64,000 bases of DNA, from NCBI RefSeq assembly GCF_018350175.1, contig NC_058381.1, forward strand, positions 1,860,001-1,924,000, written 5' to 3'. The notes below the pieces were generated by a model, which was given only the letters and a program-made list of their open reading frames with translations, ran no database searches and was not told where the DNA came from. This document shows, piece after piece, positions 57,801 through 64,000 of the stretch. Position 1 is the stretch's first letter; each line of letters begins with the position of its first letter. The DNA comes from Felis catus. Its lineage: Eukaryota. The translations under genes and the position numbers were made by a program.

Positions 57801-60384
57801 TTGAGCCACCCAGATGCTCCCCCAGGCAGCCTTTCTTTTCCCCCCAAACTGTGTTATCGAAGTGTGGTTGACCTACAGCGTTGTAGCAGTTTCAGGTGTA
57901 CCGTATGGCGGTTGGAAAATTCTGTACGTTCTGTGATACAGATGGTAAGTGTTTTAGGCTGTGCAGACCACACATGGGTGTTGTTACGTTTTGTTCCCTT
58001 TTTTTTGTTTCCTACCCATTTAAAAACGCAAAAGTCGTTTTTAGCTTGTGGGCCTTGCAAAAACAGGCACCAGGCACCCACAGACCGTAGAGTCTGGTGA
58101 CCCAAGACACTTTGCTTGAATGATTGTAAGTCGGGGCTCCCGGCCGGCTCAGTCGGTAGAGCATGACTCTCAACCTCAGGGTTGTGAGTTCAGGCCCCAC
58201 GTTGGGCGTGGAGCCTACTTTAAACAAAAATCAAGAACTATACAACGCGTGTGAGATGACGCACGACGGCAGGCAGGCAGGCGGGCCCAAACCACGTATG
58301 GCCTTGTAGGCACGTGTATTCTCGCAACGGTGGGAGTTCGTGGAAGGTTTTGCGTAGAGGTGAGGAGAAGGAGGTGGTGGCAGTGACGTGATCGGATTTG
58401 CATTTGGAAGGGTTGCTTGGGCTGCTGTGTGGAGAAGGGACTAGGAGGGGGCCGGGTCGGAGGCAGGGAGACCACGCAGAAGGGAGACGTCAGGGTAGCT
58501 GGGACTGGACAAGAGGCCGTAGACACGATGAGAAGTAGATTGAGTGCAAGAGAGGGTCGGAGGCACAGTGGACAGGTCCCGATGGCAGAACCCTTTAGGG
58601 GAGGACGTGTCCGGGACGACTCCCGGATTTCAGGGCACGGGGGCGGGGGGGAGGCGGGGGCAGCCAGGCTCGTAGGGGACGGGTGGAAGCACCGGGCTCG
58701 TGGCCTTGGCCATCCTCTTGGTCAGAAGCCCTCTTGGCAAGCGTACCCCTGATCTCAGAGCGTGACCCCGGGGGTTCAGCAGGTGCGGGCTTTCGTCGGT
58801 GCGTCTTACGAAGGGGAAGAGCCCCTTCGGCAGTGGGTGGCAGCTGAAGCTGGGTGGGGGGGTGGGTGCGAGTGCCCTGGAGTGCCGACCCGCATGGGAT
58901 TCGGAGGCGCACCACACGTAGCGGTCAGGTGGGGGAGGCTGAGCTCACGGGGACACCCGGACTGCGGGTGGTGTGGAAATGGGGAAGGTGTTTACGCCCC
59001 TCCGAGGTGGAGGGAGGTGAGGACGAATACTGGTTTCCAATCCGGCAGCTTGGGTTATGAGGCCCGGGAAGTGCTTCTGGCCGAGCGGGGGACTCTGAGG
59101 CCGGGTTGACCCGGGGGTGGGGAAGCGAGTGGGGAGATGGAATGAAGTCGGGAAGCCGGACAGTCCTTTCAAGATGGAGAGGAATTGGGCAGAGCCAGGA
59201 GGGGCTCGGAGAAGGGTTTTCCGGTGGGGGCACCCCCGTGCCGCTAAGTGTCCGTGGGAGTCCTTCGGGGGGACCGGCCGGAGATCAGGCCTGGGGCCGG
59301 GTGATGGTGTCAGGTTCTGAGAAGAGGGGACTGGTCCTCGCACGGGAGTCGCGGCGGCGGGAAGCCGGGGGCATCCCCGTGGCTGGGCTTCCGTGTCCGC
59401 TGTGACGGTGGCAGTGGTGGAGAAGGTTCCAGTCGAGGGGAGGGTGCGGTGGGGTAACCGGAGGAGGCCCCCCGCCCTCACTTTCCCACTAAGCGTTCTT
59501 ACTGCTTTGGTTGCCGGGGGCCTCTGGTCTGGCGGGAGAGGGGTGCTTCCTGCTCCTTCTGGGAAGCCCTTCTAGATCCAGACGGCGTTTTCCTCCGTGA
59601 GTCCAGGGTGGGTCTGAGCCAGGCAGGAGCCAGCGTGGCGACACGGGGCGGTGTTGTTATGGCTGAAGCTTCGGTGCGAAGCGCTCCTCTCCGTTCCTAG
59701 CAGGGACGTGCAGCACGGGAGGATCTGAGACTTCCGTCAGTGGGCTCTGGAAGGCGCGTTCCCAGATTTCGGGGCCCCCAGACGCCCGTGATGCTGACAT
59801 GTAGACACGCGTCCTTTCTGTGGACCAAGGCGCTGCCTTGGGGTGCCCCGTGTCGCCAGCGCGCCTTTCCCTGGTGGGTTTGCTGCCGGTGGTGACCTTC
59901 CCCGTGGTGTTTCCCAGAAGCCCCGTGTCGCGCCGCCTCCTCTCCGCGACCGCAGAGGTGAGGTTGGGAGCACGGGTGTCGCTACTTTCAGTCCCAGGAC
60001 CCGCCCCCGACGATGGAGCTGGCCGTGGCCGTCCTGAGGGACCTACTCCGGTACGCGGCCCAGCTGCCCACGCTCTTCCGGGACATCTCCACGAACCACC
60101 TGCCCGGCCTCCTCACCTCCCTGCTGGGCCTCAGGCCAGAGGTGAGAGCCCTCACAGCGCTTACCCTCTGTGGAGCTAGAGTGAGGGGAGCCGGGGGGGT
60201 GGGGGGCAGCGGGCAGTGGGGGGGGGAGCGGGGGGAGTGGGGGTGTGCAGGTGGGGTGTGGGTGGGCACGTTGGGCTCTCTGGCCCGGCCTCACTTTCTG
60301 TTCTGCCCACAGTGTGAGCTCTCCGCGATGGAGGGGATGAAGGCTTGCATGACCTACTTTCCTCGGGCTTGTGGGTCTCTCAAG
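45996..60384 (+). CDS. PELP1: Proline-, glutamate- and leucine-rich protein 1 (rixosome/5FMC scaffold), 5' partial: coding exons 1-5 (214 codons); gene continues beyond the window
   Basis: Exons 45996-46244, 55546-55610, 55993-56098, 59992-60141, 60313-60384 have GT-AG junctions and consistent phases. Translation is MAAAVLSGPSAGSAAGVPGGTGG...GGAQ|[78 protein letters not shown]...LRPE|CELSAMEGMKACMTYFPRACGSLK. The next expected exon (GKLASFFL...) was not found before 64000. Confidence 0.95.
48214..48372. other. Assembly gap (159 N)
   Basis: N run. Confidence 1.
48373..48745. mobile_element. Inverted Can-SINE pair in PELP1 intron 1 (minus copy to ~48474, plus copy 48533-48745)
   Basis: Opposite-orientation SINE heads about 60 bp apart. 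Confidence 0.8.
50338..52238. mobile_element. Dense cluster of about 8 Can-SINEs in PELP1 intron 1 (mostly minus; plus copy 51683-~51915)
   Basis: Repeated SINE heads and tails over 1.9 kb, spanning an N gap. Confidence 0.85.
50911..51038. other. Assembly gap (128 N)
   Basis: N run. Confidence 1.
53365..53815. mobile_element. Plus-strand Can-SINE with an antisense Can-SINE (~53517-53733) nested in its (CT)n tract
   Basis: TSD CCTCTCTCTCTGTC at 53503-53516 and 53736-53749. Confidence 0.85.
56980..58225. mobile_element. Can-SINEs (three minus copies 56980-57820, short plus copy 58133-58225) and a MER58-like remnant (~57930-58100) in PELP1 intron 3
   Basis: SINE heads and tails; the MER58-like text is by eye. 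Confidence 0.75.
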
Positions 60385-63300
60385 GTAAGTGATCGTGCGC
60401 AGCGCGGTGGCTGTCTCACCGCAGACCGTCGGGTCGCGTCGGGTCGCGTCGCGGAGTGTTCTGAGCAGCTGTGACCGTGCCGCCTCCTAGCGCTTAAATG
60501 CTCTCTCATGGCGTCCTCACGGCTGAAGGAACGAAGTAACTTCCCTGAGGTCGAGAAAGTTCAGAACCCGTGTCTATGGCTGGAGTCTAGGCTGTTGACC
60601 CTGACTCGGCCCTTCTGCCCTCCTCCCCTCCCCGCCTTCCTACCCTCCCGCCGTACTCTGTTCCTGAAGCTCGCGTAATCTCCTCCAGGAAGCCTTCCTG
60701 ACTTCTCACTTCCCCGTATCAACTTGTATTCCTGACTGAGCTCTCTGTCCCTTCCCCACCCTTTCCCCCAAGCTGTCATGACCCGCGCAAGGCGGCTGTT
60801 TGACGAAGCCTTACTAGGTCACGTGGGCAGGGTATCTATCAGTGGGTCAGGGGAGGGGGGAGCTCAGGGAGAGAAGTGCAGTTTTACTGTCCAGGAGGCA
60901 CAGTAACAACACGTTGTGTCAGAGCAGTACGTTAAAGAGTGCCGCGTAACCGGCTCGTGGCCTCGGACGCCAGCCTCGTACCCGGGAACAAACGGGTGGC
61001 CCGTTCGTTGTGGTTTTTCTTCCTTCGTCATACTCCGCGCTGCTCGGCAGACCGTCGGGCGTCCCGCCACTCAGAGGGACGCACAGAGCTGTAGGGAACT
61101 GGAATGCGTGGCAGATTGGTGGCTCCTTGTGCGCTCAGCGGTGTGGTTGCCTGTCGGCCACCGTCGTTACCAGTTAGGGGAGTTTGCCGTTAGGGGGTCT
61201 TACGTTGAAAGTAAGATCCCCTGGTTCTGCGATTGAGTCGAGAAAGTAAAGGAAAGCGAGAGAACTGATGGCGGCACCCGTCGAGTGCGGCCACGGGGCC
61301 GACACCCTGTCACGGCGGTGGTCCCCGGGGGGTTGGTGTCGGTGGTTGAGACAGACGAGGACGCGGGCCCGGAGCGGTTTCCCCGATCTACCCGTCAGGT
61401 CTGCAAGCAAGCCTCGTAGCTCTGAAGCCAGGGCGGGTGCCGCGTCGGTCGGCCCTTCGAGCCGTGCTTTTCCCATGGGAGAGACCCCAGAAGCTCTTAA
61501 GAATGTAGCCTGGATGGGCCGATAGGCTTCCACGGGGAAGCCGCACGGATGCCGGCTCCGGTCGGCTGTCTCGGCTGGGGGAGGGAGGGCCACGCGGAGC
61601 CCTGGGGGCGGACGTGCCGTGGGCCGGGAGCGTGTCCGCCGAGGCTTTAGCACCGGTTCCTCGAGCTGTTTCTCAGTGGCACGGGGTCAGGTCCTCATCA
61701 GTCTGGGTTTTCACAGGCTACCCTGATGGCAGGTGATGGGATCTCTGGGTAGTCAGGGCAAGATTTTGTCAAGAAGGCCTTTGGAGCAACTGCTAGATTT
61801 TTCTAAAGTCGAGTTGGGTTGTTTTTATAAAATTCAGCCTAAGTTGTGCTAAGTTCAGTAAAAACTGCCTTCCTTCCGGAGCGCTCTGTAAATTAGCGTC
61901 TGGAACCACACAGGCCGTGTGTTTGTCCCCGAGCCCCCACCGGTCAGGGCGGGTGTCCGTTCTGGTGCGGCTCCTGAGGGCCCGCGTCCTCCCGCCCCCG
62001 CCCTCACCTGTGCCCCGAGGCGGGAGCTGGGGTGTCGCCGCCTGCTGGACTCCCGCAGTTGGGGGGCTGGACGCCAGGGGATCCTGCGTGGGTGCCTCTG
62101 GTCTCCCTGTGAGAGGACAATCATCCACGCTAATCCCCAGCCTTGGGGACACGTTCTGGCCTGCGTTTTGAGTGTCTTCCCAAAGGTCACAGCAGGACTT
62201 CCAGATGTTCCGGGCCCTGGGTCCCTGCCTCCGGCTCGCTGAGAACACAGTGTCATCTGGAGAGCGTCCCCCTGTGGACACCACGTTTCAGACAAGAATC
62301 TGTGAGAGGCTCCAGGGCGGCTTGTACTTGGGAAACTGATAAGTGCTGTTTGGAGTGTCCGTCTGCCCCCTGGCTCGTCCCAGGGCAGCGGCGGCGTCCG
62401 AGTCCGGGATGACCCCTCCCAGATGACGGGCCTCCAGCCTCCCGAGTCTGTGAGGTCAGCCCCGCGGAGGCTCTCCTCCCCCCGCCGAATGGGCGAGTAG
62501 TTCCTCGGGATGAGCCGGAACAGTAAGCCCCTGGAGAGGCTCCCGCCCTTCGCGTGGGTGCACGCGTGCGCTCTCCGAGTGAGACGTCGCTGTGGTTGGC
62601 CTGCTGGGTCATCTGGGGCAGCCTCCTGCTCAGAGCCGCGTCCCTGAGCTGTGCTCCGTCGCGATCGCATACGCAGACTTGTGTTGGCCTCGGCCCGGCT
62701 CTTTGCACCAGCATCTCGGGGAAGGTGACCAGAAGGGCAGGGCGCCACCGCACGTGGGCCTCCGGCCGCTCTCCAGGAAATGTCCTCCTTGGGGGCCGGG
62801 GAGTCCAGACCCCCGCGGGCGGTTCCCGTCTTCCGTGAAGCGTTCTGAACCCTCCCACACCACACCAGCCGTGAGAGCGCTGTCCCCGTCCCGGTGGGAC
62901 CGGTCCGCGAGAACCGCGCTTGCCACGGGGCAGGTGGGAGGGAGCCGTCTGCTTGGTTTCCGAACCACATGCTCCGCTTCCACCCGCTTCCATCCGCGAG
63001 CCCCTGCCGAGGGCCCCCCGGCGCCACAGCCGCTCTTTTCTCCTGCGAGGTCACCCTTGTGTGCGTGGGGACCCTCCGGCCTGGGGTGGAGGCTGCGTCT
63101 GCTCCTGACGTGTGTCCCCAGGTGGATCCCCTTCCTCAGCCTGGCCGGCCTGCCCCCTCCCAGCCCCTGCCCCTGCTGATGCCTTGTGTCCTCCTGACTC
63201 TGCCCCTGCAGGTGGGGTCCGTCCCCTCTTTCTGTGTCCTCACGTCAGTGTTCTTGCCCTCATTTGTGCCAGTGTTTTCACAGCCGTAAAATCGTGGAAT

Positions 63301-64000
63301 TGCGAGGGAAACCGATTCTGACCGAAATGGGTGTTTTAAAAAATTGTGATGGAGCAGCGTGTAGTTCGCCGTTAATGCATCAGATCACAGGACCTAATAG
63401 CCGCTGACGTTTCAGATTAGCGGAGCGATGTTTCAGGACGCCTGTAAATATAACGTGCTGTGAAAACAAGCGGTTTCTGCCGGTGACCGTCAGGGGCACT
63501 GCCGACGGCACCGTGGCTTTTTGTCTCCGTTTATAACGGAAGGAAACCCTGCGTTTCACTTACGGGTTAGTGAAGATGATAAAGACATTTCTTTCCCTGC
63601 CACGTTCCCAGGCCCCGATTCTGGCCCCAGAGAGCTTGTGGCCCCCCAGTGAGGCCTCGTGTGGGCGCTGTGACACCGCAGCCCAGGGCGGGGACCTGGC
63701 CCTGCCACACTGCCTTCTCCTCTTGCCTGACCCTGCCCTGCCCTCGCCCCTCCGCACCTCGGCTTAGGGCCACACTTCCCTGCGTGCACCTGTCGTCGTG
63801 TCTCAGCCGCAGGGGTGGGAGTGTGGTGGTTGCTGCTTTTTCAGTACTGCGTCCTTTTGGCCTGAGGGAGAGGACCCTCATTTTGCAGAAATCAATGGGA
63901 GGGAGCCCAGTGTCTGTGGGGCCAAACGGGAGGCAGGCTGAGGGTGAGGGCTGACGTTCGGGATGTCTTTGGACCCCGGAGCGGGTGCGCTCCAGGCACG

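Noticed and set aside
46574-58816. 13-mer TCTTACGAAGGGG at 46574 and 58804
   Set aside because: Exact 13-mer matches are expected by chance many times in 64 kb, and the flanks do not extend.
61750-61860. AGGGCAAG at ~61755 as possible PELP1 exon 6 (GKLASFFL...)
   Set aside because: The downstream translation does not match and there is no pyrimidine tract. Exon 6 is presumably beyond 64000.
61855-63054. 399-aa minus-strand ORF (longest unexplained ORF) and overlapping 195-246 aa ORFs
   Set aside because: GC-rich intronic DNA antisense to PELP1. The sequence is low-complexity and R/G/P/A-rich with no recognisable domain, and long ORFs in several frames at once point to stop-codon scarcity rather than coding.

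Overview
This is mammalian genomic DNA from a felid. The evidence is dense tRNA-derived Can-SINE (SINEC_Fc-type) repeats and the gene order, which matches human 17p13.2. I reconstructed four complete intron-containing genes exon by exon, with GT-AG boundaries and consistent reading phase: ZMYND15 (-, 741 aa), CXCL16 (+, 251 aa), MED11 (-, 117 aa) and ARRB2 (-, 409 aa). The first five coding exons of PELP1 (+) are also present, and that gene runs off the right edge. The first ~12 kb is intergenic and repeat-rich, and there are four N gaps. I found no evidence for a new protein-coding system: the long unannotated ORFs are GC-rich shadows or SINE translations. The items most worth a second look are non-coding. 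They are a triple STAT-site cluster at 5.35 kb; a young solo ERV LTR inserted inside a SINE with a clean 4-bp TSD; abutting opposite-strand poly(A) signals for CXCL16 and MED11; a perfect 12-bp GC-box VNTR in MED11 intron 1; candidate spliced divergent transcripts from the MED11 and ARRB2 promoters; a rare GAG acceptor and an in-frame, stop-free intron in ARRB2; and inverted SINEs around PELP1 exons 2-3. Gene identities rest on recalled orthologue sequences, repeat family names are by eye, and all regulatory roles are hypotheses.
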